A stretch of 63,178 bases of DNA, filler included, from Phoronis australis (Eukaryota; Animalia; Phoronida), in the NCBI GenBank assembly GCA_002633005.1. It is 9 parts of 8 records of this genome, joined end to end, with 100 filler letters (N's around TTAATTAATTAA, not from the genome) between each part and the next. Parts side by side here need not be neighbours in the genome. Positions count along the whole stretch, not along the records: positions 45,951 to 49,867 come from NMRA01002775.1; positions 49,968 to 52,352 come from NMRA01003697.1; positions 52,453 to 55,108 come from NMRA01003519.1; positions 55,209 to 57,757 come from NMRA01002028.1; positions 57,858 to 61,466 come from NMRA01002941.1; positions 61,567 to 63,178 come from NMRA01000936.1; 3 more parts are not named here. One strand, 5' to 3'. Below the pieces are notes generated by a model that worked only from the letters and a program-made list of their open reading frames with translations, did no database searches and was not told the origin of the DNA. The position numbers and the translations under genes were made by a program. Position 1 is the first letter of the stretch, and the number at the start of each line of letters is the position of its first letter. Below, one piece after another: positions 49,099 through 62,548 of this stretch.

Positions 49099-49279
49099 GT
49101 TGGACACAGATATTGCTTTGGGTCATAACTGTGGCCTTCACTCAATCCTTGTCCTGACTGGCTGTCATTCCCTTCAAGATGTGGACGTCTGCTCAAAGAA
49201 TGGTGGATCCATCAATGGACACTGTATACCAGAGTATTATATACCTTCATTTGGAGATTTAGGCCAGTTTATTGATTAA
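49099..49279 (+). CDS. PGP: PGP/PDXP-like phosphatase, terminal exon
   Basis: tcttgtag|(R)LDTDIALGHNCGLHSILVLTG...IPEYYIPSFGDLGQFID*. Confidence 0.93.
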
Positions 49280-52200
49280 CTATTGTTGGACAGATTACTC
49301 AACTGTATAGTATTAGTAGGAGACTAGATATTCACCAGTTGATAGGTGTGATGGAAGGCTGTGCCTAATAACTGAATAGAGTGGGAACTGACTGAATGCT
49401 ATTCAACAGCTTTGATATGTTGGTGATCTAATGCTCCCTTGTGACTACCTTACTGTTTGTGTTTACAGGCTTTTTCACTACTGTTTCACTAGCGCCATCT
49501 AGTGACTTTGGAACTTCACATTTATCGTCGTTGTCATATGTCCTGGGATTTTGGAGGACTTTGTAATACAAAGTTGGACAGTTTCATCTTGCCAATGTAT
49601 GTTATCGAAATTGATTGTCTTTCTTTTTATCTATATTTAAATTGTTACAGCACTTGCTAGCACCTGTACCTAGTGTTTAATGACAACAAACTATTCACGT
49701 TTGGCTGACAGCCATATATTGCTTTTGATTGATCAAGTGACACTCGGTCTTCCAATTCATTAGGTTCAAGCAGTCTTCAGTGCACAGTTAGACAGTTCTA
49801 ACCTAAATGCACACCATGAAATATTAGGTCCCCCAATTTATAGGGGATGGGGTGTTTTATTTTTTTGNNNNNNNNNNNNNNNNNNNNNNNNNNNNNNNNN
49901 NNNNNNNNNNNTTAATTAATTAANNNNNNNNNNNNNNNNNNNNNNNNNNNNNNNNNNNNNNNNNNNNTACATGCCTTAGCCATGTTTGTTAATTCAATTT
50001 TCACTCGCGATGTCCTAAGCATGGACGGTGCAGCACTAAAATAAGTATTGGGTTATAGCCTCCCAGACCCTATGGTAAGTGATTTCTCCCAGCAAAGGCT
50101 TCGCAAGTGTCTTATTGGGTCTACAGAACGCAGCCGCAATATATAGCTATTGTGGTTACAACAGCAGAACAATAAACAACTCTGAGAGACAGAATCACAA
50201 GCACACAGAATAAAATAGAAGGTAAAAAGCATATATTGGATGTACAATTCGTACTTTTAATTTTACTGTCCTCTTTTTCCAGAATGAAATTATCAAAAAT
50301 CAAGCATTTCAAGGATTCATTAATAATGTAGTTGTTTACAGATTCATTGCATTATATATTAAAATTTATTAATTCTTGTGCCCGTGGTTGCGGAGGTAAA
50401 ACTGATCCCGCCTCATTTTTACGTTCGCTGTAAGAGAGTTGAACACATTTTTAATTTATCGTTGAATTGTTTTCAAATTTGATGGTTTGTATTTTGGTCT
50501 AAACTTAATGAAAATCTGTGAAAAAAGTGGGGCACACTGCATTAGTTTTTCGTTACTACCGCTCAAACAAACATGTTGAATTTACATGGATTATTGATTA
50601 ACCACTTCTAATTAAGTTTATGAATACAATTCCTTTAGAAACATATTGATTGTATTATCACCCATGTTTAACGGGTTTAATTATTTTTCCATCTTTCCTG
50701 ACTTTCTTATGTCTCGGCGGATTTTGAATACGGCAGACGAATTTTTAACGTCTCTGGTCTCACACAAAAAGTTACCGTCGTTTTTTTAATGTTTTGGTTT
50801 GACATCCCTCGTATTTACTATAATAAGAAAAAAAATTAGCTCATATAGCCTCACGTATGAAAGTGCCAGTTGACCCCTCAACAATGTACCGACATTAAGG
50901 TCAACTTGACCGTGACCTTATGCGTTGCATTCCATCACGTGTGATAATTGTGAAACAAGTTTTGTTGGTGAAACTAGTGCGAATTTGCCGTTTTACCGCG
51001 AATTAGACAGATACAATATATATTTGCAGTCGTGTGTTTCCGTATTCTTTTTTAACACTATTTCCCTGTAAAAAGATGTCCCGCCGTGCTATTTGAATAA
51101 CAAAAAATTAATGCAAAATCAACATTTTCAAATTTATTTAATATTAAACAACAACAAAATACAGCGTGACANAATTTAGACTCTTGAATTTTCCTTCTGA
51201 ATATTGACATGAAGTGGCGGCACAAAAGTGGCGGTTTTGTTTACCCTTCCCAATGTCTTTCCGCCCCTAGCTGTTCGGCCGTACTCACCAGACCGAGGGC
51301 GCGCTCCTGCCTGGTGGAGATAGACTAAGAAGGAAACTGTCCCATTGTTGTTCAAGTTTTTTAAAAGCAAAAAGTTCAAACTTTTTGATGAAAGCATGTT
51401 TTGAATATGTTCAGCTGTTTTAAATATACAGATGATCTCATGTTTTAATGACTACTCACGAACCAGGTGTTAGCGGGTACGTTTACCAGACTGGCAAAGA
51501 GTCAGTCATACTGCGAGGCTCTTTAAAAAAAAACCCTTGTGGTCAGCTTTGGAACTAATTTTAGATTCATTGGAAGTCGCCATTTGCAAAGAAAACAGCA
51601 TTCAACGCTCACTATCTTGAAGTTAAAGTAAGGCTTTTTAAGTTAAATTCTGCACGTTTTATTGTTTCTTAGAGTTATTTCGATGTCAGGGTTTGAAAAA
51701 AATGTTGAATTTGCTCACAACTGGGAGTTATTTTTTATTCTGCAAAAATGTGTTTCGAGCTGTTTTCAACTTCAACTCAAGGCCAAGGCCAAGGCCCAGC
51801 AATGCACAGCACTCATTGATATTGGGTTTTTGCTTGCCTGACTGAACGTGGCACTGGTCGGATCAGAGAAACGGTGGTTCACCAGCAAAATTCCCTGGCA
51901 GTATTCGAACTGAGTCTTCTCTAAATTTTTAAAGGAACTTCACAGATTCCACAAATGTCCAAAAGTTCCACCATCCAGTCACGCTGTGGTGACTGGTCAC
52001 TGGTGTAGATAGGGACAGTATAGTACCTGTGACACAGTCACTAGCTGTGCTAAAATCAAGAGTTGGAATTGACGATGTGATCAATGTTCTGACATGTTTG
52101 AACATTGTGCAACCTTCCAATCGCAGCCTGCAGAAAAATGAATGATATGAGCCAAGTGGTAACTCAACTGAATGAAGAGCAGATGATTGACTCATTGACA

Positions 52201-52534
52201 TTGAGAACCAACGCTACGTTAGAAAAGTCAGTACTCTGGCTGGTGGCAAAGGTGTTGCAGACGTTCAGTTTGACGTTTCATACTCCAATAGGCCACAAGG
52301 TGGTTGCGAGAAAGCCAAACAGAGCTTCGGGGGACTTGTGTTGTGTTGTGGANNNNNNNNNNNNNNNNNNNNNNNNNNNNNNNNNNNNNNNNNNNNTTAA
52401 TTAATTAANNNNNNNNNNNNNNNNNNNNNNNNNNNNNNNNNNNNNNNNNNNNTCATATGCTTTTCTAACAACGATCCTTAAAAGAATTATCATTTTCTAA
52501 ATTCTTTGGGAAAAAGTATGATTTTTTTATCGAA

Positions 52535-55108
52535 GTACATCGACTGTCTTCGTATGAGTTACAAATAGTGAAAATTTCTGTCCTCTCGGTTTAATTTATT
52601 TTTAATTCAATTTCTAAATTTAATTTGTAAATATTCATTTAAATTCTATTAAGTTAATTAATTTAATTTATTGCTGTGTGCGGACCATTCTGTATATTTG
52701 CCTTTGGCTAAAGCATGTTTCTAATTCTATTGTATTTTATCTTTTATAAATAAAGTTTATTCTTATTATTTTGTTATTGTTTTTATTAATGTTCTATTTT
52801 CAGCAAAAGCTCAAATAATTTGCATGGTTGTTTTCCTGGGTCACATATCTGGATGATCTGATATTGGTTTATTGATTATTTTCGATCACTTTCAAATGTT
52901 ATCTGCGATGTCGTTTTAAGGGTTGCTATGGTAAACATTAATGGGCCCTGGCCAAAAACTGCCAGGAGCCCCGGCTAAAAGTCAACATGATTTCATGAAA
53001 ATCAGGAATCGTGCTGCAATTGATAACATCAAAAGATCCCCTATCTACCGTGTCAGGCTCTCAATTTGGATCAAATGATAATCAATTAAAATACGGAATA
53101 ACGACAGAATGGTGATTCCGTTATCGCTTAGTGCAAGACGGTCCCTTGGTAAATGTCGCATCTCTGAATATAAAAATCGGAATCAATTTGTCCTGCAAAA
53201 CCTGTGCGTACCAAGCTTTCCGGACTTTTTCGAGGTATACGATCAACTTAGAAACATTTTTATATGCATTTAGAAAAAAATCCAACAGCGGCCACAAATA
53301 AAGTTCTGCTCCTAACAAAAATATCCTAAATGATGTGACTGGTAGTTGACATTCGTTTTAAATTTCTCCTGTCTGCTTGTATCGTGACTGCCTACGCCTG
53401 TACCGGTCACTACGGTTTCACTTCGAGGCCTGCGAAAGTTATCATGACTTGGGGACATTTNCCCCCCCGCCGCTTCCTACCGGCCTGCATGCATATGTAC
53501 CAATGTACTCGGGCATGTACCTTAACTTCGAGTAGAAATAAGACACAAATGTCGTAAGCAGAATTTTGTGTTCGATTTCAAGAAGATGAGACCGCAGGTG
53601 CTGCCTGACTGGCCCGTACCTGTTAAAAAGTCCGAGTTCAGCATGTATTTTGTCGTCAAGAGGCGGTGAGCTGTATTTTCATTGGCGACTGCTTGGTGGC
53701 GCCACTTACCGGTGTAGTTTGTTAGGTCCAGTAAGCAGCTCCTTGGTTGGCAACGGCAGACCATGAGACGGTGACCTTGGGCACCCTACCCCCAAGAAAT
53801 TCTCAAAATTTCTTCGTGTTACCGTGAGTTCTGCTTAGTTCCAGTGGTAGCCTGTTAAAGCTGAACTTGCGCTCCAGAAACCACGCTCGTTGTTTACGAC
53901 TGCTCAAAGCGCGTCGACTGTCTTCCTATGATTTGCACAAATAGCCTAGTGAAAATTTCCCGCCTCTCGATGGTGGTCAGTGCTAATGTATAATTTATTT
54001 TTAATTCTATTTGTCAATTTAATTTTTGGGTATTCATTTAAATGGTTTTAATTTTAAAGTTAATTTAACTAATCTAAGTTAATCTATTTATTTTGATTTA
54101 TTGCTTTGAGAGGACCGTGCTGCATATTACTAGCCTTTCATGGCTAAAGCATTTTTTATTGTATTGTATTTTATCCTCTATAAATAAAGTTTATTTTCTT
54201 TATCATTACCATTATCATTAACAATATCATCATTATTATTATTGTAAATATTCTATTTTCAACAAATTTCAAGTAATTTGCATGGTTGTTTAGTGGCCTG
54301 GATCGCATATTATACTGAGTTCGAAGTGATTGAATGGTAAATGTTCTGTGTTTTTTCGACCACTTTCAAATGTTTTCCACGTCCCCTCGCCCCGGGCTCG
54401 TAGCGGGGCAAAGAGACGATTGTCATGCGGGGCTCCCTTCAGTGACGAGACAGGGTCTACTTCGTCAGAAAGGAAGCTCTTTTATACGAAAGTTTACGTT
54501 ATTAAGTGATAGTTAGTATCGGGTGATCTTCTGTGAGTGCCCCCTTTAGATGAGGGGATGTCTTTTTTAGGGTGTTTATGGGTGTCATGAACGGCCCTAA
54601 AAGCCGGCCGACATAATTTCAGTGAAAATCAGGAAACAGACTGCAATTGATGGCGCCAAAAGAGCCCCTGTTTGTCAGGCTCTGAATTTGGATTCAACTG
54701 ATATTCAACTAAAAAAACGGAATAACGTCAGAATGGTGATCCCGTTAACGCTTACCCCAAGAGGGTCCCTAATGTTGCGTCTCTGAATATAAAAAAACGA
54801 ATCAATTTATCCTGCAAAACTAAGTTTTCCGGACTTTTTCGGGGTATATATGATCAACTTAGAAAACATTTTTATGTGCAATTAGAAAAAATCCAACACT
54901 GGCAGTATATAAAAATCTGTTACTAACAAAAATATCCTGGGTAGGTCTATAGCCCCTAAACGATGAGACTGGTAGTTGACAAAGGGTTTTAAATTTCTAC
55001 CCTCTGAATGCTTCGTGACTGCCCTTCGCCTGTAGCTGTCGCTACGGTTTCCCCTAGAAGCCAGCAAAAGTTATCACGATTCAGGGGCATATCGCCCCCC
55101 CCCCCGCC
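52535..55108. repeat. Two diverged tandem copies of a ~1.4-kb non-coding repeat unit; second copy carries a ~190-bp GC-rich insertion (~54380-54570)
   Basis: TCGACTGTCTTC...GTGAAAATTTC at ~52540 and ~53914; collinear through AAAGTTATCA(T/C)GA...C-run at ~53436 and ~55067. Confidence 0.8.
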
Positions 55109-55831
55109 NNNNNNNNNNNNNNNNNNNNNNNNNNNNNNNNNNNNNNNNNNNNTTAATTAATTAANNNNNNNNNNNNNNNNNNNNNNNNNNNNNNNNNNNN
55201 NNNNNNNNCATCACGGAATTAATATACTATCATGAATAACACGTGTAGTAACTAGATATCCGGCAGTGGTCAATGTGAAAGGTATTCAAATTTCAGAAAC
55301 ATTCACACCTTTATTTACATGAAAACTCACCTATAGGTATCATACACCAATGACTGTTACTGTACAGAAAATTTTCACTTAGCAGAAAATATGGCCGAAA
55401 TTCCATTTTGACAAATTTCTCCAAGAAAAGAAAAATCTAGTCACTAGGCTAACTTGCACTGTGTACATGTTATAACACAACGGTTGGCGAAGTTTCCAGT
55501 ATTTGTGGCAAAGTAACCGGCCTTTGAAGAATGGAAAAATGACTAATTTAGCAATTGTTTTTGTGCAATATAACTGGATAATTCCTGTCTCGTCTTAGCC
55601 AGCTCCAATTAGCATGATCAGCTCTAGATAGTGGTTACACTCTCTGCCAAGTGGAAGCCCGCTTTAACTGGAATATCCCACTTAATATCACAATTTATGT
55701 AAAAAATCGATACTATGATATGAAGCAGGCTCCACTGTATAAAAAAATATAATATAACGGGTGACGCGAGTGAAAAACTTATTTTCAATTTACATCTTAT
55801 CTGCTTTCTTTCTTAATATAAAATATCATAC

Positions 55832-55891
55832 CTTTACCTGGGAATGGCAGACCCCTGTCCTTATAAAAATCAACCTCACGCCTGTATTCCT
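55832..55891 (-). CDS. PCGF: PCGF-family protein, exon after the RING
   Basis: tttttggcag|(E)EYRREVDFYKDRGLPFPG(K) resembles PCGF ExxxxxxFYKxRG; two phase-1 donors are possible (exon ending 55838 or 55832). Confidence 0.8.
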
Positions 55892-56495
55892 CTGCCAAAA
55901 ACAAAACATCCTCATTTAAGCGCAATTTATCACACAAACATATACTGCAGAAGAACAATTTGAAAATAATGCCATAGTCTGAACACAGAGGATATATTTC
56001 TGATGGTCAAACCTGTAACAAGTTTATAATTTGGAGTTGTGGATGTTAGCTATTAAGCCCAAAATGGATACCAACACCAAAATCAACAGAAAGAACTGCT
56101 TTGATGCTTTGGCATAAGCCTCTGCGTGAACTGTTATCAAAATTGTGTAAAATTTTAAATTACGCAGAAATGATTCGCTGGAAGCAATTATAGAGACAAT
56201 TCAGCCTCCGGCAATTAAAAATAGTATTCAGCACAACACCAGATGGATTTTTTGAGAATTGCTGGAGGAACTCAAACAATAATTGAGCGCTGGACTTGTG
56301 CCGAAAATCAAAGTAATTACACCATGGGACTAAAACCCAGGGTCACGCAGAGTTTCAGCGCAATCGGCCTGAAGTTCATGGTTTGTTACAGATATTGTCT
56401 TTGATTATTAACAAATAGATCAATGCATTAAAAAGAATTTTAGCTATCAAATTTGCGAACAAATAACTTACAATGGCAGCAACATTTTTGATTAC

Positions 56496-56648
56496 CTGCA
56501 TCTAATTTTGGTAATAGTTTGCGTATAATTCCCTCCTTGAGATAGTCCCGTCGTATGTAGGCAAGGGGATCCGTTGGGTGGATGTTGACATCACACACCG
56601 GGCACTGGAGACTAAACCCTACATGCTTGACTATGCAGCTCTTGCAAT
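56496..56648 (-). CDS. PCGF: Polycomb group RING finger (PCGF/Bmi1-like) protein, exon encoding the second half of the RING
   Basis: cattttag|xCKSCIVKHVGFSLQCPVCDVNIHPTDPLAYIRRDYLKEGIIRKLLPKLDA|gtaatc; compare family CKSCIVxxL...CPxC...IHxTxPL...D...IVYKLVPGL. Paralog not assignable. Confidence 0.88.
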
Positions 56649-57345
56649 CTAAAATGTACCACAATATCAATTCAGGGCCATTGAATGATACAGCACTCTC
56701 ACCAGCCATTGTGAGAAGCATGGTGGGCCACCATGTCCCAGACAAGTTTTAACCACTAGGATCAAATTTTGAGCCACCACAGTTATTTTTTATGGATAGT
56801 CATATCAATCTCGACTCCACAGTGAACATTCAAAAAGCAATATATACATATACACATACATATATAGTCTAGATTGATGTGAAAATTATGTCAAAAATTG
56901 AAAAGTGGTCTCAACCAGTCTTGTAAAATGTCAAGTCAACATTGTCCCATTCTACACTGCACTCTGAACAGATTTACCATTTTTACAACTAGTAATTATT
57001 CACAAAAATGTTTAAGCTAAAATAGAGAACACACAGTGGCCTCCCCTTTACACTTAACTGAACGTTGCATCTGACAGCATTCCAACGTTCTCAGCCAGCT
57101 CAAGTTTAATCTGGGTGAGACAATGCCGTTAACATCAGGGTTTCAAACAAAGCCAAAGAGGTTAGATTCTCCAAAAAGCTCTCAAGACTTAAATAGCAGT
57201 GCTTGATTTGGTGACCTGCAGTTCCCTAATGTGACCTCAGATTGTGTTTGGAGACCTGGGAACAATCCCAAGTCGCCACTGCCAGTATCAAAGTCGGACA
57301 ATAAATTTGTTTCAAAGTTCGTGTTGATTTCCAAACTTTAAAATA

Positions 57346-57757
57346 CCGTAATCGTTCGGGTTAACGCCCATGCTCAGTTAACCGCCCACCCCCTACTTTA
57401 GGTGAATTTCGATTTAACCGCCCACTGCTCGGTTAACCGCCCCCCTGCTATTTTTGAAGATTTCCAATTAACCGCCCACTGCTCGGTTAACCGCCCATCC
57501 CCTACTTTTGACGATTGGTGATTACCGCCCTGTGCTAATAGGAAACGCGAATCCCCGACCTTTTAGATTAAGATCGATGATAACATTGAGTGCAACGACG
57601 GCCTCAGAGACCGCGGTTTAGCAATGTGAATTATGATACCAGTAACAAATTATTGTAACGGGTCATCGATTAACTTCAAAATGTAATACTTGAACACTTT
57701 GTCACTTTCTTTTCTTCTCATGTTCGCAAACTTTAGGAACCGCGCTGGCGTCTACAC
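57346..57757. mobile_element. One end of a Tc2/pogo-like MITE with subterminal repeats
   Basis: TA|CCGTAATCGTTCGGG followed by about six TTAACCGCCC-type repeats; truncated by the gap. Confidence 0.6.
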
Positions 57758-59641
57758 NNNNNNNNNNNNNNNNNNNNNNNNNNNNNNNNNNNNNNNNNNN
57801 NTTAATTAATTAANNNNNNNNNNNNNNNNNNNNNNNNNNNNNNNNNNNNNNNNNNNNAAGGTACCATTTTGTGTTCATCAACCCTCATGTTTTCAGTGTT
57901 CTTTCTTGTATCCAGTAATGTAACTAGTTTTTGGTGTGGAAATTGTGTTGTCCGTCTGTTTGTCGCTCTCACTGTCAGTCTGTCTGATATTGGGATAGAT
58001 AATGGTGAAACTTCTTCTATTGCCTGGATGTTTATGCAACCTTGCTGTGATATGGATATCAGACACCTTTGTCATATTTTCATGTGTGATTTATTATTAA
58101 CAGTGATGCAGCCTTTTTGAAAAATAATGAAGCTTTGAACTTGTTTTAAAGTTTAAACATTTTGCGCAACAGGTAAAGACTTACAGACACATTTATGGCG
58201 CCAATTGATCCAAATTTAGCCATTAAAGTCGCATGCGCATTCATTGCTTTGATTCATACTGTCAGCAATGCAACTGGAATATTTTTACTTCACTGTGTTG
58301 CTTTTATTCACAGCTAAAGTCTGAATGGTTTGGTAGAACAGTGATTAGGTCATGTGTGAAGCTGAGCTATGATCACGCGCAGGTAAGATGTGTAACTTTT
58401 CCAAAACAAGAGTGCTCACTCAGTGGACATTTGTTGCCATATGTTGCTTTATAAACTCATGTAATGATCAGTACGTGGCCAGGTCATGCGTGAAGTTGAC
58501 CTTTCATCACGGGCAGGGGAGATAATACAACTATTTCAGTGAGTAATATTAAGAAGAACAGCGCAGAAAGCATAGTATGTGAAAGTTCTGCATGAATCTC
58601 AAAAACCATTTGCGAAGGTGTGAAAAAGATCAGCGCCATCTTCAGTTTTTTTTAATAAAAAAGTACAGGGTGTGTACTTTGTAAATACAAATTTATGTAT
58701 TCATACCGATTCAATTTTTAGTAAAACATACTCACAGTGTGTAACAAGGTATCATATTGTGAACTTGAGGTTTAAAAGTTGAACTGTACTTTTCCAAGAA
58801 AGCTAGACAGCAGTCTTGGAATTTTTTAATTATTTACCCAAATTTGCTCGAGGTTGTACTTCAGGATTATTGGTGATCACTCTTTCCCTGAGTACTATAG
58901 GTAAAACTGAGATTTCAAGAGATTTTGAATAAATAGGTTTTGATGAAAACATGAGAAATTATTCAGCCTGAATATTTTTTGAGTTACGCGTAATAAGAGG
59001 GATTGAGTTTAGTGTTCACAGGCTGAAATTGATGAGGTAGGGGTGCTTTTAGTCAGTGTGTGCTGGCCTTAAAAGTAGTCGGATTGCAGACCAGAACCAA
59101 ATGCTTTTTGTCCTTGGGCGAGGTGTGGCACATTTAAAGTGCATTATAAATCGTAAAGGGCGCTCAACTTTGTAATTAAAAATTCATACTTGCTATTGAA
59201 TTGCTGTGAATTAACGGTAATTGATTAGGAAGGAGACCTCTCTAAGTGAACTTTCAATGATTAGAAAATTGAACAATTGAGCAATGCCTGAGGCATTGTA
59301 ACACAGATGACGTGGTCTACCAACAGAGGTCTTTTGCTTATTCAGAAAATCAAAACAACAACACTTGTGCCAGGTGCCTAAGACAGGTCATTGACAGTGC
59401 GCTTCGGCAACCAATTTGCAGGAAGTGAACTATTTTACAGGCAGGCTACAGTGCTGGATATTGATAAGATAATGATAGCTTGCATTGGTTACATAATAAC
59501 TGAGAATGCAATTCATTGGTACAGCCTACAACAAATACACTGGGCTGTGAACTACAGTCCAGGTGTCATCCCCTCCATAGGCAACTGATGTTTGATTGAC
59601 AGGCACCCTACTTTGAAACTTTTACAGTTAGATTTGTATAA

Positions 59642-60215
59642 GGGCTGTTCCAGCAAAATCTGTGTGGGAGGGGAGGAAGGCAACTGAAATAAAAATTTAT
59701 GGGTGGTTGCGTTTGACTTAAATTCAAAATGGCTGGTGGTCGTACTTCAAAAAATTTAAAATTTACAGGTCGTTGTTGTTTCATTGGGCCATAAATGTTT
59801 GATGGTGGGTAATTTTAGTAAATTTTATAAACAATCTGCACAGAATCAAAAACTGAAACAAAAATGCAACTTGCAAAGAGCTCCGACTTTTTCACTCCCT
59901 CCGATCTCCTCATCGGCATGCCCATAACACTATTTAACCACAAATGCTCGAATTTCTCGATGGCTAATATAAATAACCATATATAAGAAACGTGTTTTCT
60001 TAGTAATGAATGACGTTAGTGGTGATGGAGGAACAGATAAACTCAAGCGCCTGTGCAGTCAACCACAAAAACAAAAAAAATTACGGGTGGTTGCATTTCA
60101 AACTTATGAAAAATTACGGGTGGTAGGCTGAAGAAAATTAATGAAAAATATGGGTGGTGGGTGCAAAAAAATGGTGCCTTCCCCCCCTCCCATACAGGTT
60201 TTACTGGAACAGCCC
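59642..60215. mobile_element. PIF/Harbinger-like (Tourist-type) MITE
   Basis: TAA|GGGCTGTTCCAGCAAAATCTGTGTGGGAGGGGAGGAAGGCA ... TGCCTTCCCCCCCTCCCATACAGGTTTTACTGGAACAGCCC|TAA; ~40-bp TIR, 3-bp TAA duplication, internal GGGTGGT repeats. Confidence 0.85.
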
Positions 60216-62056
60216 TAATGTGCTTACAGTTAGTTCTGTGAAAGAAATTGTTAATAATCATTGTGGCTGATTACATTTGTTGTTCAATAGAATTAAGATT
60301 GCATTTTACTCTTGGTCAAAATGAGAAAATCTTTATCACATAAAATTACAAACTTGTCTTAGTAATTCTGTGATCAGTGCATGTTATACGTGACAAGTTT
60401 TGTACAATAATTCTCCATCAGTTTCACACAAAAATAAATGTCAAAATGGTCATTTTTTTCCATTTTTCAAAGGCCGGTTACCTTTTTGCAGATAATGTGA
60501 GTTTCACCACGCTACAATCTATACCAGTCCTGTAAATGTTCTTGATCTTAATTTTTGTGGAGAAATTTAACAAAATAGAGTTTCACTTGTCAGCCATATT
60601 GTACAAAATGAGGTAATTATTACAATACCTACCACTAATGTGTTCAAGAATGTGTAAACAATGATTTGCTGAGTCTGGTCTCTTGACAATATTAAGTTTT
60701 ATTTCAGATGGTATGGAATTTAATTAGCCAGCAACTTTGTTTTTAGTCTGAAGAAAACTGCCCTCTGGTGCCTCTTTCCCTAACTTCTGAAGTCACCCAG
60801 TGTTGTTGAAATTGTGTCAAAAATCAAAAGAACATGTTTAAAGTTGTACTTTGAAGTTGTCATGAAGAAAAACTAAGTGAAGAAATTTCAGTATTAAGAA
60901 ATGTAGCAATTTTAATACAAAGCTTGCTCTAGGCTAAATTGACGAGGGCAGTTGATATCTGGAAGCATGTCAGAAGATATGTTGCTGAATGACATTTTTT
61001 AACCTTCAAGTTGGCTACTGCAGCTGTGATTTTGTTGGCTGAACAATTTCTAATTTGACCAACTTTACCTGTCTGAGTTCATGGTAACTTGAAATCTGTA
61101 TTGATTTCTCATCGTCTGCTCTTGGATACAACTGCGTTAAGCAATTAATTTTTGTGCTTTCATCACCAGTCATCATACATTCATTTTTTAACACCACAAC
61201 TGCCATGCAATGACCCAGACATACAATAACATGTGTTTTGCATATCACATTTAGATTGATTACCTTGAGATTGCTTCAGAAGTTGAAATAAATTGCCTTT
61301 TAGGCATGTTATAGTATTTGCGGTACATGACAATACTAATTTAATATATACTCTCACGGATGTTGTGAATGGGTCTATTGGAGCTTGTCAGTTTCAAGTC
61401 AATAAAAGTACTTTGGCAGTTATGTTGCTGTCATATTCCTTGATTAGATTTGAATACTAATTACCANNNNNNNNNNNNNNNNNNNNNNNNNNNNNNNNNN
61501 NNNNNNNNNNTTAATTAATTAANNNNNNNNNNNNNNNNNNNNNNNNNNNNNNNNNNNNNNNNNNNNTCTAGAGTAAGGTCAAATGTCACCAATTTTGGAC
61601 ACAGTGGCTGACATGGGAAATTTCATTTTCTCGTTGTTTCTAGGATAGCTCAATGCCGTATCTACCATGAGTTTCGAGAAAACATGGGCCTTCATAATTA
61701 CATTAGAAGCTTTTGAAAATGAGAATGGGGCAATTTTAGTTTTCCCAAACTGGTGAGGTGCTACCATGTCTTGTAGAGATTAGTGCTTTGATGGTTATAC
61801 TCTGCTCACAATTGTTAAATTAAATACCAGACACCAAAGGAAAATCAACACCAAAGTAAAATTATAGTGCCATTACAATTGCTGCCAGATTTACAAAGAA
61901 CGGTGTACTTCTTCATCAAATGCTCTTCAATAAATAAAATAAGTGAAGACAAACTCAGATTAACAGTGTTATGAAAAAATAACAACTGATTTTGGATTGG
62001 TCCACCATTGCATGCCTATAGTCGTGTTTTACAATTTATTACTTTTATGTCCCAAA

Positions 62057-62548
62057 CTACTCTTCGAGGCACACATTGGGCACCACAGCATCACTGCAAG
62101 AATCCAAGTCTCGAGCGTATTCAATGTCTGAATCTTCATATGTTCCTTGGATGTCTGGTAAACTTTCTACGTCACTGTCTCCACTGTCTGGCACCTCTTG
62201 AGACTGGACATCGGACCAATGGGAATACTGCGACAGTTGAGGTGATCCTGGTGGGGTCCTAGAAAGGCGGGGCCTCAGCTGAACAGGAAGGTCATTTTCC
62301 CAGTTGACAAGTCCCAATGGGTCTTCCAAGTCTAATTCACTTCCGTCAGAGGTAAAGTCTGTCAGGGCATGGTTCTGAGAATCTTGGGAGAAATCCAAGG
62401 TTTCGAAGCAGTGCAAGTCAATGTACTCCAGGGACTAGTTCTCAATTGTTGTCCGGCTGTATAGATCAGGGGAGCTAAATCCTGAATCGGACAATAGCTG
62501 TTGTTTCACTTCAGAAAGAGGAGAATTTGGGATGGAAGAATGAGACAT
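62057..62548 (-). pseudogene. Acidic Ser/Asp-rich reading frame of unknown identity with one in-frame TAG
   Basis: Strong acceptor ccttttttag| at 62549. Frame is protein-like for ~163 codons except for TAG at 62435-62437. No recognisable domain. Confidence 0.35.

Noticed and set aside
58728-58770. Upstream PCGF exon ending LHT|gtgagt
   Set aside because: Wrong phase, no CxxC...TECLH context, and on a different contig piece.
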